NCBI GenBank assembly: GCA_009859145.1
Contig: VRVR01000025.1
Location: 199,491-263,490 of the forward strand
Length of the DNA stretch: 64,000 nucleotides
Source of the DNA: Andalucia godoyi And28
Lineage: Eukaryota > Protista > Jakobida
Reading direction: 5' to 3'
The first letter of the stretch is position 1. Each line of letters starts with the position of its first letter. The notes below the pieces were generated by a model. That model ran no database searches. It worked only from the letters and a program-made list of their open reading frames with translations, and was not told the DNA's origin. The translations under genes and the position numbers were made by a program. Below are positions 11,337 through 21,641 of the stretch, in pieces.

Positions 11337-11337
11337 C

Positions 11338-13134
11338 ATGTTTGCAAAGCTGTCAACATGCTCATGGCATCGAACAGTCTTTGTATTGTTCTGGATGATG
11401 CTGATGGCACGCTGCTGCAAAGGTAAAGAAATTGATTCCGTGTTGACTTTCAATCGATCGCTTAATGGAGTCTATTACCGCGTTGGAGGCACTGCTGCGT
11501 GTTCATGGTCCGAAAGTGAAAACCAAGTATTGTCGTGGTCTTCAGCTTCTGAAGTGCAAGGAACATTAACAAAACTTCGATGGTATGGCCCCGGACCATC
11601 CCCGCGCATCTCGAGAATTGCCTGTTATCAGCGGTTCATGGTTGCAGTTTCCCAACCGCAGTTGTTGATGACGTGGTCAAACATTGCCAGCAGAGTTGGT
11701 GTCCCAGTTAGTGAAGCAAGTTTCTATCTTCCTCCGAACCTGCTGTTTACTGGACAGAACCTTGAGCTCTTTGAGGCGGCCAACAGTTCCGTTGTGGCCG
11801 CCCAATGTCTGGATACTCTGTCGGGCAACACAGTGGTTGCGGTCTTGGCATTTCAAAACAGCGACAACAAGTGGAAGGTCGCTGCTGTGCTGACGAGTTG
11901 TTCCGGAGTGGATAGCCCCCGATTTGGTTCCTCAGTATTGATTATGAGCTTGACCTCCCTCGCTGTTGATGATCCGGCTGTTGGAGAGTTCTGCGACATA
12001 GATATTTATTCAGGAACTGTTCTGTCGCTCCACAGGCGACTGAATGGCCTTGGGCAACCTGCGACGCTGGTTGGAGATTCCAGAGTCCTAGTGGCGTTTG
12101 CAGGGGATCGAATGGACGTGTACTGCAGAGAATGTCTGAACAACCCGGCAGCGCCGGTCGCTAGCGGTGTTTTACGGTTTCAAAACTCCGAAACGATTGT
12201 CAGAAATCTCGGGCGCGTGGAAGCTCTCGCCATGCTAACCTCGACCGGATACCAGGTCAAGACGAAATTGCGACGTGGTGACGTAACGTATGTCACAACG
12301 TTTGCAGCGGTTTTTGGGACAAAATTGGATTTTATCCGATGCCAATGGAACACGCTGAAGGATCCTCCCACTGTCGATGTTGCCTTTGAATGCTTTTCGG
12401 AAGATTCCATTGCTTTGCCTTCTGTTCAGCCAACGTTTTCTTCCACCGTTTTCTTGACACCGTGGAATCTTCTCCTCTTCCGCAATTCGAGCGCGCGCCA
12501 ACTGTTTGTGCAAGCGGTCTGTCCGCGGGACATGTACCGCATACAGTCCTCTCAAAACATGCCTCAGTGTTTTCCCTGCAAGTCCTCCTGTTTCTCCAAC
12601 GGAGGTTTGGCAGATGGTAGAGGGTCGTGCAATTGTCCCGCAGTCGTCGAGCCGGACTTCACTTTCCTAGCCGTAACACTCGTTATTTGTGTTTTCGCTG
12701 TTATTTTTCTTCGGACCCCAGCAAAAAGTTGCGGTCGCGCACTTTATCTGGCAGTATTGGAAATATTTAAACCGAAAATTGCACACGAACGCCGAGAAAT
12801 GATTCGACTGTATCAGGCGGAAAGAGACGAATCGCGCAGGGAACAGGTTCAGGTTGCTGCAGACATGCGAGTACCAATAAGGGTGTACAACGTCCGCACC
12901 GGGGAGGACTTCGGTGACATATGCAACAAGGTGGATGAGACATCGAATGCAACGAGTAGCATGCCCACAGGGGTTCGAAAACGAGTTTGCGCGATTTGCA
13001 GGAAAAGGAAGGTGAATGGAATTTTGTATCCGTGTGGACACGATCCATGTTGTTTTCGATGCAGTTTTTCTGTTCAACAGTGTCCGGAATGCAATGCAGT
13101 CGTTGAGAAATTCCTCAAGACATACTTGTCCTGA
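11338..13134 (+). CDS. Single-pass membrane protein with C-terminal C3HC4 RING finger
   Basis: Signal-peptide-like N-terminus, beta-rich ectodomain, Cys-rich CPRDMY...CFPCKSSC, TM FTFLAVTLVICVFAVIFL, RING CAICRKRKVNGILYPCGHDPCCFRCSFSVQQCPEC. The ORF-track start at 11113 looks like UTR read-through. Confidence 0.75.
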   Translation: MFAKLSTCSWHRTVFVLFWMMLMARCCKGKEIDSVLTFNRSLNGVYYRVGGTAACSWSESENQVLSWSSASEVQGTLTKLRWYGPGPSPRISRIACYQRFMVAVSQPQLLMTWSNIASRVGVPVSEASFYLPPNLLFTGQNLELFEAANSSVVAAQCLDTLSGNTVVAVLAFQNSDNKWKVAAVLTSCSGVDSPRFGSSVLIMSLTSLAVDDPAVGEFCDIDIYSGTVLSLHRRLNGLGQPATLVGDSRVLVAFAGDRMDVYCRECLNNPAAPVASGVLRFQNSETIVRNLGRVEALAMLTSTGYQVKTKLRRGDVTYVTTFAAVFGTKLDFIRCQWNTLKDPPTVDVAFECFSEDSIALPSVQPTFSSTVFLTPWNLLLFRNSSARQLFVQAVCPRDMYRIQSSQNMPQCFPCKSSCFSNGGLADGRGSCNCPAVVEPDFTFLAVTLVICVFAVIFLRTPAKSCGRALYLAVLEIFKPKIAHERREMIRLYQAERDESRREQVQVAADMRVPIRVYNVRTGEDFGDICNKVDETSNATSSMPTGVRKRVCAICRKRKVNGILYPCGHDPCCFRCSFSVQQCPECNAVVEKFLKTYLS

Positions 13135-13148
13135 TCGCGCGACCAATG

Positions 13149-15344
13149 CTACACCCACATCAGTTCCGCAACAGACACAATGATATCCTTGGAGTTTTTC
13201 GAATAACCAGCAATGCAAGCACCGGAACGAAAGGCAATGCAAAATGATGAGTGAGCTGGCGGCTTCTCGTCTTGTCGAACGTCGTCATCGGAAACAGGAA
13301 GTTCATTGGAGACGTCAATGACCTCAGTCGATTCAAAGGAGCGTATTGTTTCTCCGTCGACATCAATGAAAATGAATACTTTGGAGACCTTCATATCCTT
13401 GACGATCGCCAAGGTGGCGTCGTGCATGTTGTGGGCCTTGAGAATGATCGGAAACTCCTTGAAAGTCAGAATGTGGGAAGGACGGTTTCCTACGGATGCA
13501 TTTGACTGCGCTGAACGACGAAAAGGCGAAGTTCCAACAGACGGAGATGGGGATGCTGTGTTGGAAACGGAGTTTTGAGAGGACGATGATCTCTGGTGAG
13601 GCGGGACTGTGGCAGGAGATGACACCAATGAAGCACTGGTTCCAGCAACGGGGGTGGGTGCTCGTGAAGATCCCGAAGAGGAAGGAGTTTTCGGTTCAAT
13701 GCTCGGCGGCGAAGGAGCCCTCTTCACGGAAACCCGGCGAATCCTGAAGACATTCTGAAACTTTCGGATTGATGAAATAACACGAGAACGGCCACGTCTG
13801 GAATAGACGAAGTTAATTCTGTCCATGTCATCGACATTCTTGGCCGTGAGCTCGTAAGTAGACCCGACATCCGAAAGGATGGTCTGAAGAACGGCCGTCG
13901 ACTCGGAGGGAAGGATGAGCTTGAGGCGATTTGCGTTTCCAGTGGCGGAAAAAGAGCATGACCAGATTGGCCGACAGAAAAAAGAGCAGTATTTCGGATC
14001 AACATTGACATGTCTTCTGAGATTGTGGACAGTGACTTCATCGCAGCGGAATACCAAAAACTTCGTTCCGAAGAATAGCCTTCCGGAAACAGGGACAGTG
14101 GAAACCAGGCGGTCAGAATACTGCAAAGTAACAGGACAGCTGAAGATGAACTCGTCGGCAGTGCTTGACATGGAGATGGACGCTAAAGAAAACAATGCAA
14201 CGGAGTTTGTGCGCTTCGGAGACCTGCTATCAGGGACAGAAAGACTTGTCGCAGACTTACTTTGCATGACTCGCAATTTGCAGTATCGGGTTACGAGTAA
14301 TGCATATTCGCTTTTTTCCGTTTCACATGAATCTTGTGCGTCTGGGCTTGCGATGGAACTTGTAGGACCAAATAGCGGTCGAGAAACCTGGCGTTTAGAA
14401 GAGGAAATGGAAGCGTCGTCTTCTTCCTCGTCTTCTTCCTTGACTAGTTCCTCTTCCTCCTCCTCTTCTTCGTCTTCTCCCACCGTCGACGCTCCTGGAT
14501 TCACAGGGATTTGTACCGGTGACCGAAACGGAACATGTCGAACAGCAGGAGACAACACCGGAGCACCACCATTCGATGCGGAGGAATGTTCGAAGCGTTC
14601 TGGCAGCGCGCGGATTTTGCTGACGAGCACACCCTGGGATTCGACATTTCGAAAGGAAAGAACGCTTCCATTTGTCTTCCAAACGTTGATTCCGTCATTG
14701 CCCATTGGTTCGACTGCGGTAATTTCATTACCAACCGCAACGTGCGTGATTGTACGATTCAAGACAATTGCATGGAAAATCAACCTGTGAGATGTGACGA
14801 AGAGTGCTCCATGCACGACCATTGTGAACGAGTATTCAGAATTTTCCGCAACAGACGCTGGGCACCGGACAAGAAGGAACTCATCAGGAAACTTCTGCGC
14901 GCCATCCACGTACGCAAGCCACTCTTCCACTTCGACTGTTCGTTGCGGTTCTTCGGGCGCGAAAGACGGGGGTGAAACGGAGTTGGGTTTGAACCGACTT
15001 CGAAGCACATTCCGAATTGCGTCCAGCCAATTCAGTGCTTCGAATTCCGAAGATGCGCGCAGATACAACGGAGTCCGTACTCCAGAAACGACTTTTAAGC
15101 CAAAAGGAATGTCAGGTCGTTCAGTCGACATCCCAACGGCAGTCGTCTCATCAAACCGAATGAATCCAAGTGCATCCGTCATCATCCCTCGATCGGAGCT
15201 CGTATCATCCAGAAAGTAGTATATCCCGTCATTAAAGAGCCGAAAAAACCTCTTCTTCCAAGATTTGCGTTTTTGTCCTTCCTTTTCAAGCCAGCCCGTC
15301 CGCACAAGCCTGCGCATCGAAAGCACAGGAGGAGGCGATGACAT
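13149..15344 (-). CDS. PH domain plus GRAM-like domain protein
   Basis: PH domain (RTGWLEKEGQKRKSWKKRFF...LNWLDAIR) and GRAM-like segments HGALFVTSHRLIFHA and SGRLFFGTKFLVF, separated by acidic and Ser-rich linkers. Confidence 0.75.
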   Translation of the reverse strand: MSSPPPVLSMRRLVRTGWLEKEGQKRKSWKKRFFRLFNDGIYYFLDDTSSDRGMMTDALGFIRFDETTAVGMSTERPDIPFGLKVVSGVRTPLYLRASSEFEALNWLDAIRNVLRSRFKPNSVSPPSFAPEEPQRTVEVEEWLAYVDGAQKFPDEFLLVRCPASVAENSEYSFTMVVHGALFVTSHRLIFHAIVLNRTITHVAVGNEITAVEPMGNDGINVWKTNGSVLSFRNVESQGVLVSKIRALPERFEHSSASNGGAPVLSPAVRHVPFRSPVQIPVNPGASTVGEDEEEEEEEELVKEEDEEEDDASISSSKRQVSRPLFGPTSSIASPDAQDSCETEKSEYALLVTRYCKLRVMQSKSATSLSVPDSRSPKRTNSVALFSLASISMSSTADEFIFSCPVTLQYSDRLVSTVPVSGRLFFGTKFLVFRCDEVTVHNLRRHVNVDPKYCSFFCRPIWSCSFSATGNANRLKLILPSESTAVLQTILSDVGSTYELTAKNVDDMDRINFVYSRRGRSRVISSIRKFQNVFRIRRVSVKRAPSPPSIEPKTPSSSGSSRAPTPVAGTSASLVSSPATVPPHQRSSSSQNSVSNTASPSPSVGTSPFRRSAQSNASVGNRPSHILTFKEFPIILKAHNMHDATLAIVKDMKVSKVFIFIDVDGETIRSFESTEVIDVSNELPVSDDDVRQDEKPPAHSSFCIAFRSGACIAGYSKNSKDIIVSVAELMWV

Positions 15345-16108
15345 GATGTTACCCGACCAGACAAGCACACCAAAAAATAGACAAAGAAAAATGAATTAAT
15401 TAATGAATTGATTGATTAATTATGACCAATTTCCTGCCGCAATCTCCCCAAAAATAAAATAATAATAATAAATGATAATAATATCCAAGCGACAATGAAC
15501 AGGTCCTTGTTCGTCAATGATCCCTCCTTCTTTCTTGAAAACAATGATATTTCCTACCCCAAGGTCCACTCTTTCGTCCGTAATCCTTTACTTCTCGCAG
15601 TGCCTACAAACGGAAATCGCTGGTCTTTGTGGAATCCTGCCCGGTATGCCCTGTCACCTGTGTGTCCTCAACTCGGAAGTCGGAATGCGGAAGTCGGAAC
15701 AAGAAAGCAATCCCGGAAATACTCGGCCGCTCAACCAAGAAGCCCAGACGCACAGTCGCACACACTCTTCCACCCCTTTTTATTGTTGCAGCACTTGCAT
15801 CAACCCGCAGTATTTCCCCAAATCGCTCCAAATGCTGAAATGTCCTTTCGTTTCGTTTCGTTTCTTTCGTCCGCAGATCGCCGCAGACAGCAATGCATTT
15901 ATTTATTATTTATTGTTTTGCGTTGGTTTCTTGATTTTTCACATCATATACCTAGTCTTGAATTCGTTGCATGACGTCATCCTCGTCCTCGTCCTCGTTT
16001 TTACGCATTAAGCATTGAAGAAAAAGCCCTTTGTATTCTGCGGTTCACTAGCCATCTGCCTGCATATATCGCTTCTGCCATTAAATCAGATTCCGCGGGG
16101 GAAGGAAT

Positions 16109-17518
16109 ATGAGTGGCGGCAAGGTTCAAAATTTGCATGCCGATTTTGTGCTGGCTGGCGTCTTTGGACTCATTGCGATCATTGTCTTATCAGTTGCACT
16201 TTCCCAGCAGGCTTCTTCTTCAGGGTCGTCATCCTCTGCTGTTCCAGCTGTTGCGTGCGGAGAATCGTGTCAATGGCAACTTGTCGAATCCATTCCACAG
16301 TACGTAGATCTGCAGCTTCCTCCAAATGGTATCTTCACGCACGATGCCCTGCTGGATCTTGTGCAAAATGCACAGTCCACCATTCACATTGCTGCCTTTT
16401 ATTTCAGACTGCTGGAAGGCTGTGACCCAAGTTCTCAGATTGGAAACGGGCAATGGGGGTGCCAGCTATTTCAGGCGATTACGAATGCGCACGCTCGAGG
16501 TGTGAAGGTCATGGTTGCACAGTCACTCCCGGATGCCTCCATGCAGGATCCAGATTCCCTGCAGTGGTCCGAGACCGGTGCAGCAACAGTGGTGAATGTT
16601 TCTTTCCCATTAATATACGGTGGCGGCGTCTTGCACACAAAGTTTCTCGTCGCCGATTCGAAGGATTTGTACCTGGGATCTTGCAATTTTGATTGGACAT
16701 CTCTTGCCCAGGTGAAGGAACTGGGAATTCTTGTGCGAAACTGTCCTTGCGTAGCGTCAGATCTTTTGCAGATCTGGAAGACGTACGAGTATCTTGGTTT
16801 GCACGACATGCGCACCCCGTCTCGCGGATGGTCTCCTAGCTTTGGCACGCCGTACAACAATTTGTCTCTCATGACTGTTCCATTCCAAGACGGATCTAGT
16901 GCAAAGCTGTTCCTTTCTGCGGCACCGCCAGTAATGGAGACGCCTGGCCGCATGTTTGACTTGGATGCGCTTGTTGGAGTGATTGATGACGCGCAGTTGT
17001 TCGTCAATATTTCTGTCATGGACTTCTACCCCAATTCCTTGTATGGCAAGAATGTCGTATTCTGGCCTACCGTCATTGTCGCACTGCAGCGGGCGATGGT
17101 TGAACGCAGCGTCAAGGTGAATGTTATGGTTGCAAAGTGGAACCATTCGTCGGAAGCGATGTATGCGCCCCTGAAAGCGCTGCAAGACTTTTCCAACTTG
17201 TGCATGAATCAACGAAATTACACCCTATGCTCCGGGTCTGCCAAATCGTGGGTATTCCAGGTTCCGGAGTTGCCGAACTATGAATCGTTTCCCTACACCC
17301 GAGTGAACCACGCAAAGTTTATGGTGACGGACAGAAAGGGGTTCATTACGACGTCCAACTGGTCCTACGACTATTACTTCAATACCGCAGGGGTTTCCAT
17401 GGTAGTTGATCATGAAGGCATCCGTGGCCAGTTGCAGTATGTTTTCACTCGTGACCAACAATCGCAGTATGTAATCTCTTTAGATGAGTACCTCTCAGAA
17501 CACCCGTTTCCGGCGTAA
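16109..17518 (+). CDS. PLD3: PLD3/PLD4-family phospholipase D-fold 5'-3' exonuclease
   Basis: N-terminal TM anchor, LVESIP motif and two HKD-type motifs (VLHTKFLVAD...GSCNFDW; VNHAKFMVTD...TSNWS). Confidence 0.88.
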   Translation: MSGGKVQNLHADFVLAGVFGLIAIIVLSVALSQQASSSGSSSSAVPAVACGESCQWQLVESIPQYVDLQLPPNGIFTHDALLDLVQNAQSTIHIAAFYFRLLEGCDPSSQIGNGQWGCQLFQAITNAHARGVKVMVAQSLPDASMQDPDSLQWSETGAATVVNVSFPLIYGGGVLHTKFLVADSKDLYLGSCNFDWTSLAQVKELGILVRNCPCVASDLLQIWKTYEYLGLHDMRTPSRGWSPSFGTPYNNLSLMTVPFQDGSSAKLFLSAAPPVMETPGRMFDLDALVGVIDDAQLFVNISVMDFYPNSLYGKNVVFWPTVIVALQRAMVERSVKVNVMVAKWNHSSEAMYAPLKALQDFSNLCMNQRNYTLCSGSAKSWVFQVPELPNYESFPYTRVNHAKFMVTDRKGFITTSNWSYDYYFNTAGVSMVVDHEGIRGQLQYVFTRDQQSQYVISLDEYLSEHPFPA

Positions 17519-17690
17519 GGTGGTCATTCATCAGTAGCCGAGCACAACTTGATCAGTAGAGCATTATGAATTTGTTTTATTCAACAAAAGATAATACTAA
17601 AAGGAAGAAAAACAGATGGCGTGCATAGCCGATATTGTGAAAATAAGAAACAAATTGATAAAAAGAAAGAAAAAATACAAGAGAAAAACA

Positions 17691-19652
17691 TCAGCAGATG
17701 ACGCAATTCTTCTTCTTCTTCTTCATCTCCTCTTCCAATTCCGCCATCCGTCTTTGCATTTCCTCCTTTTCCTTCCTCTCAGACTCCAACTGTGATTCAA
17801 CTTCTTGCTTCTGGACAACCACGGCATCCTTCTCCTTTTCAGTAGACACCTTCTCTTCAACAATCTTCGACTTTTCCAACTCGGATACGCTCACGAATTC
17901 TTCCAGCTTCGAAACCAATTCGGCATTTCGTGCCTCGACAGTGGCAAGCAAACCGTTCAAACGTTCAATCTCTGCGTTCTTTTCTGCGACCTCTTGTTCC
18001 AAGCGAATCTTGGCATCGTGAACAAGCTTATTGTTCTCCGACAAAGATTCATGTTGGCTTTGCAACTGCTCGTACACCTTTTCCAATCGTGCGTATTCCA
18101 CGGCTGCGAGCTCTCGCTCTTCCTTCTGTTTGGACTCGGCGACGCTGCGCAGTTCTTCAACAGTCAACCGATGGACAATGCGGAGAGCATCAAACACTCT
18201 CTGGCGAAAGAACTGCAGAAGCACATACTCCTTCTTTGTCCCTCGAGATGAGCGGTCATACTGAACCACAATGGCTCCCATTTCCTGCTCAAAATTCTCG
18301 ACCGACTTGAGCTGGCCGTTTCGAACTCGGTCGAACAGCGCAGCCGATAGCCCATCGATCAGACGCATGCAAAACTCAAGAGAGTCCTTGTCATTCTGAG
18401 CCGCAAATCGCTGAAATTGCGTTGTGACGGCCTCCTTCAGCTGCGTTTCGTATTTTGCGAGATCATTTCCCACAGCATGCTTCCGTAAAACATTAAAACA
18501 CTCGGTTTCCGCCTCGCGATGGTGCTGCAGAAGAGAAGCGGTGTCTTGAATATCCTGCGATATCTTCTCCATTTGTCTGGTATAATACTCGACAGCCGTT
18601 TGCAAGGCCTTCTGATTCTCCATCGTAACAACAGAGTCCCATGCGCTGGAGATGGTTGGAACAGACCCTTTGTTGATCGCATCCACGTATTCCTTTGTGA
18701 GTTCAAGCAGCATCCTACCGGTCAACATATGGCCATCGATTTGCTTGCATTCAGTCCGGTTGAAGATCCTCTCCTTCAGCTCTACAAGCTGCTCAAGATA
18801 CTCCGGTCGAAGTTCTGTGAGAGGCAGAGAGCTGATTCGCTGCAGCTTCGATTCGTCTGTCACGGGTCGCTTCAGTGTGAAACAATCTCGATCAACAAAG
18901 AAGTGGCGTATGAACTGCCTGATCTTGTTCTTGGACTCGGTTCGCTCTCCTCGACCTTCCATCGGTTGCAGTGCTCGCTCAAGATACTCGCGCGACGAGA
19001 TCTGTTTGCCACCCAATTCCAGCTCGAGAGAAAAGTCGCGGACAAGCCACAAAAAGGAAGGAAAATATGCCTTCAGTGCAGAATCCTCTTCGGGACCAGA
19101 ATTCTCACCATTTTCCGTTTTTTGATTGCGCTGATTACTTGGATGGTCCGCAGCCTTTCGTGCTCTCACATGCTTCGACAGTTGCACCACAAGCGATAAT
19201 CTGTCAATGGCCTGCTCGTCAATCGATCCCAGGGAATTATAGACAAAGAACGACGACAGCAGAACCGCAAACGCAAAAACTTGCACATCGTACGTTTCTG
19301 TCTGCTGGAACGAGCCGAGCCCTTCGGTATCCAACATGACGACTCGAGCACCAGGAGGCAAATTGGGTCTAACGCCAACTTCCTTTGGAGGACAATCCCA
19401 CAGCCAAAGGCCCTTGGTACACGGCTCAATTGTGGACCCAACATCGAAACCGTCGGAACGGCCGGCAAGATTATTTAGAATGAATGACTTTCCAGTACGG
19501 TAAAGGCCAGCGATCGCAATAACGGCAACGGGCGCATCGAGATTCTCCAGAAACTGCGCCGCCGCCGGACCGATCACGAACTTGTTTGTCTGTGTATCAA
19601 GGACGATCAAGGGTTTTGGATGGTCCAACGCGGAGTTTGCAGCAAGGCTCAT
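17691..19652 (-). CDS. Guanylate-binding protein (GBP) large GTPase with CaaX box
   Basis: G1 AGLYRTGKS, CTKGLWLW, G3 LDTEG, WLVRDF, helical coiled-coil tail ending KKKKKNCVIC. Likely start MSLAANS at 19652. Confidence 0.9.
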   Translation of the reverse strand: MSLAANSALDHPKPLIVLDTQTNKFVIGPAAAQFLENLDAPVAVIAIAGLYRTGKSFILNNLAGRSDGFDVGSTIEPCTKGLWLWDCPPKEVGVRPNLPPGARVVMLDTEGLGSFQQTETYDVQVFAFAVLLSSFFVYNSLGSIDEQAIDRLSLVVQLSKHVRARKAADHPSNQRNQKTENGENSGPEEDSALKAYFPSFLWLVRDFSLELELGGKQISSREYLERALQPMEGRGERTESKNKIRQFIRHFFVDRDCFTLKRPVTDESKLQRISSLPLTELRPEYLEQLVELKERIFNRTECKQIDGHMLTGRMLLELTKEYVDAINKGSVPTISSAWDSVVTMENQKALQTAVEYYTRQMEKISQDIQDTASLLQHHREAETECFNVLRKHAVGNDLAKYETQLKEAVTTQFQRFAAQNDKDSLEFCMRLIDGLSAALFDRVRNGQLKSVENFEQEMGAIVVQYDRSSRGTKKEYVLLQFFRQRVFDALRIVHRLTVEELRSVAESKQKEERELAAVEYARLEKVYEQLQSQHESLSENNKLVHDAKIRLEQEVAEKNAEIERLNGLLATVEARNAELVSKLEEFVSVSELEKSKIVEEKVSTEKEKDAVVVQKQEVESQLESERKEKEEMQRRMAELEEEMKKKKKNCVIC

Positions 19653-19943
19653 GACTGCTTTTTCTTCTCTCTCTTTTCCCTCTTCCCCTTGGACAACTAA
19701 AACTTGCACTGAGCAACTAAAAGCACCAAAGATATAAAAAAACAAGCGCTAGCAACAAGACTTGAAGAAGAAGAAAAACATCAACGAACAGCAAAACAAC
19801 GAAATCGGCGCGGTGCTTCTTTGCAAAGCGCAGAAGACTGCAACAGGACTTCCAGATTGCCGCACTCTGTGGTTGATCATTCTTGCACGTAGTTTGCATC
19901 AATTGATGGCAGTGCGTTTCGTCTTCTTGAAAGTCTTTTTCAA

Positions 19944-20028
19944 GTACGTAATCGGCATTCTTATTTTATATTTGTTTTATATTATATATATTATTATTTT
20001 GTTTTGGTTTGTGGGACATTCAAACAGC
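19944..20028 (+). other. Candidate 5'-UTR intron of the MICU-like gene
   Basis: GTACGT donor, very AT-rich interior and CAAACAG acceptor 17 nt before ATG 20046. Confidence 0.5.
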
Positions 20029-20045
20029 GAGTCAGACAGTGAGCC

Positions 20046-21413
20046 ATGCATCGTGTTGCGCGCTATGTGCTTCGGTGCGGGGCACCACTTGCGCCACTTG
20101 CGTCGATTGTAATGTGGAACAGCGGCCAATGGATCTCGAACCAGTCGCTGTTTGCAGATGCAGCAGCATCTCCACAGTTGCCAGCAGACGTCGTCGGGTC
20201 TGTCCTTGGGTTCCTGAGCCAGACGCTGACGTCCTCGACACAAGCGTACAAATTGCGCGTCAGAGCACTGTCACCCCCAGACAAGGTTTTTGCAGTGTTC
20301 GCATCGATGACGATGCCGGATGGAAAGACACAGTGCATGAGCATTTCTGATTTCGCAAGTGCGCTGATCCCGCTTACGGATTTGCTGGAGACGGACTCAT
20401 TGCCGACACCTGATGCGCTCTCAAAGCTTGTTGGCCCGTCTGTTCTAACGGAATTCGATGTGGATGGTGATGGGCGTATTTCATTCCCGGAGTTTCTGTT
20501 CTTCCTGTCCATTTTGGCCATTCCAAGATCACACATGGCAGCAGCGTTTGCAGCTTTGGACAGAGATGGCAGCGGCGCAATCGACGCACACGAATTTTCG
20601 TCGTTATTGAACTCTGCGCGGTCGGTCAGCAATGTCACTCCTGCAAGGGTCGTGGATAGCGACAGCAAAACCGAGAAGGCGTCTGTTATCGGCCTTGGAG
20701 ATACACGCAGACGCGCGGAAATGGGCACTGGGATTCTTCATCGGCTGTTTGGTCCCGAAGGAAAAGGATCCATCTCCAGAAATACGTTTGACGGGCTTCT
20801 ATCTCGAGTGCGGAGGCATGTGAGATCGCTCGAGTTCAGCATCCTGTCCGCCTCGGAGAAAGCGACAGAGACGCAGGGCAAGGATCTCGTGTCCGCTTCC
20901 GGATTTGCTTTGGCCATTGTTTCATATGCCCCTCCGAATGTTTTGCGCACTGTCTTCGCTCCTCGACTGGCATCGCTCCCACTCTCCTTGAGCTCGCGGC
21001 GTGTGTCTCTGGGGTCTTTCTTATCGTTCCATGACGCGATTGACCATCTTGTTCAGTTTGCCCCCACGCTGTCTGCCCTGCAGGAAACACGCGGCTCCCC
21101 CGTTCAGCCGGAGGATCTCGTTCAAGTGATTAAGAATGCAACCGACGCAACACTCGAGTTGGATCACGCACGTCTTCTGTGCTACATTTTTGCAAAGTCA
21201 AACGATGCGTCTGAGCCGAGCAGACTTCTTCTATCTTTGCCTTCGAGGTCGTCTGGAGCTTCTAAAGAGGCGGGTTTCTTGGACTTTGACCTCATGGCGG
21301 ATGTTCTTCGTGCCCGATCGTCATTCGGCTTGGCTTCTTCTCGCGACACTGGCGTTTCTCGTGCTGCAAATTGCGTTACAGACTGTCTTCGAAAGGAAAT
21401 GGGCTGGTTGTAG
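20046..21413 (+). CDS. MICU1/2-like mitochondrial EF-hand calcium uptake regulator
   Basis: Arg-containing presequence MHRVARYVLR, PDKVFAVFAS, EF-hands FDVDGDGRISFPEF and LDRDGSGAIDAHEF. Confidence 0.72.
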   Translation: MHRVARYVLRCGAPLAPLASIVMWNSGQWISNQSLFADAAASPQLPADVVGSVLGFLSQTLTSSTQAYKLRVRALSPPDKVFAVFASMTMPDGKTQCMSISDFASALIPLTDLLETDSLPTPDALSKLVGPSVLTEFDVDGDGRISFPEFLFFLSILAIPRSHMAAAFAALDRDGSGAIDAHEFSSLLNSARSVSNVTPARVVDSDSKTEKASVIGLGDTRRRAEMGTGILHRLFGPEGKGSISRNTFDGLLSRVRRHVRSLEFSILSASEKATETQGKDLVSASGFALAIVSYAPPNVLRTVFAPRLASLPLSLSSRRVSLGSFLSFHDAIDHLVQFAPTLSALQETRGSPVQPEDLVQVIKNATDATLELDHARLLCYIFAKSNDASEPSRLLLSLPSRSSGASKEAGFLDFDLMADVLRARSSFGLASSRDTGVSRAANCVTDCLRKEMGWL

Positions 21414-21641
21414 TATCGGTAAATTGGATCTTTGAAAATTGTTATCTGTCGCACGAAAGCAACATCCGACGATGGATTGGTCAGCAGGGGCTCTCGCCCA
21501 TTGACTCTTGCCCACCCCTTCCTCTGCTTTATCTTTTCATAGCGTTGCATCGAAGGGCTCCAGAAGTGAAACATCCATGTGGCAGAGACAAAAGCGCGGG
21601 GGGGTTGTCTTTTATCATCGTACTTCGCATTCGAGGTTGGA

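Noticed and set aside
15495-16011. 159-aa and 164-aa ORFs in the PH-GRAM/PLD3 divergent spacer
   Set aside because: No recognisable motifs, overlapping in different frames and ending in AT-rich UTR-like sequence; more likely promoter DNA.
16109-19652. PLD3 next to GBP as an antibacterial gene cluster
   Set aside because: Two convergent genes among unrelated housekeeping genes; nothing in the sequence supports co-regulation.
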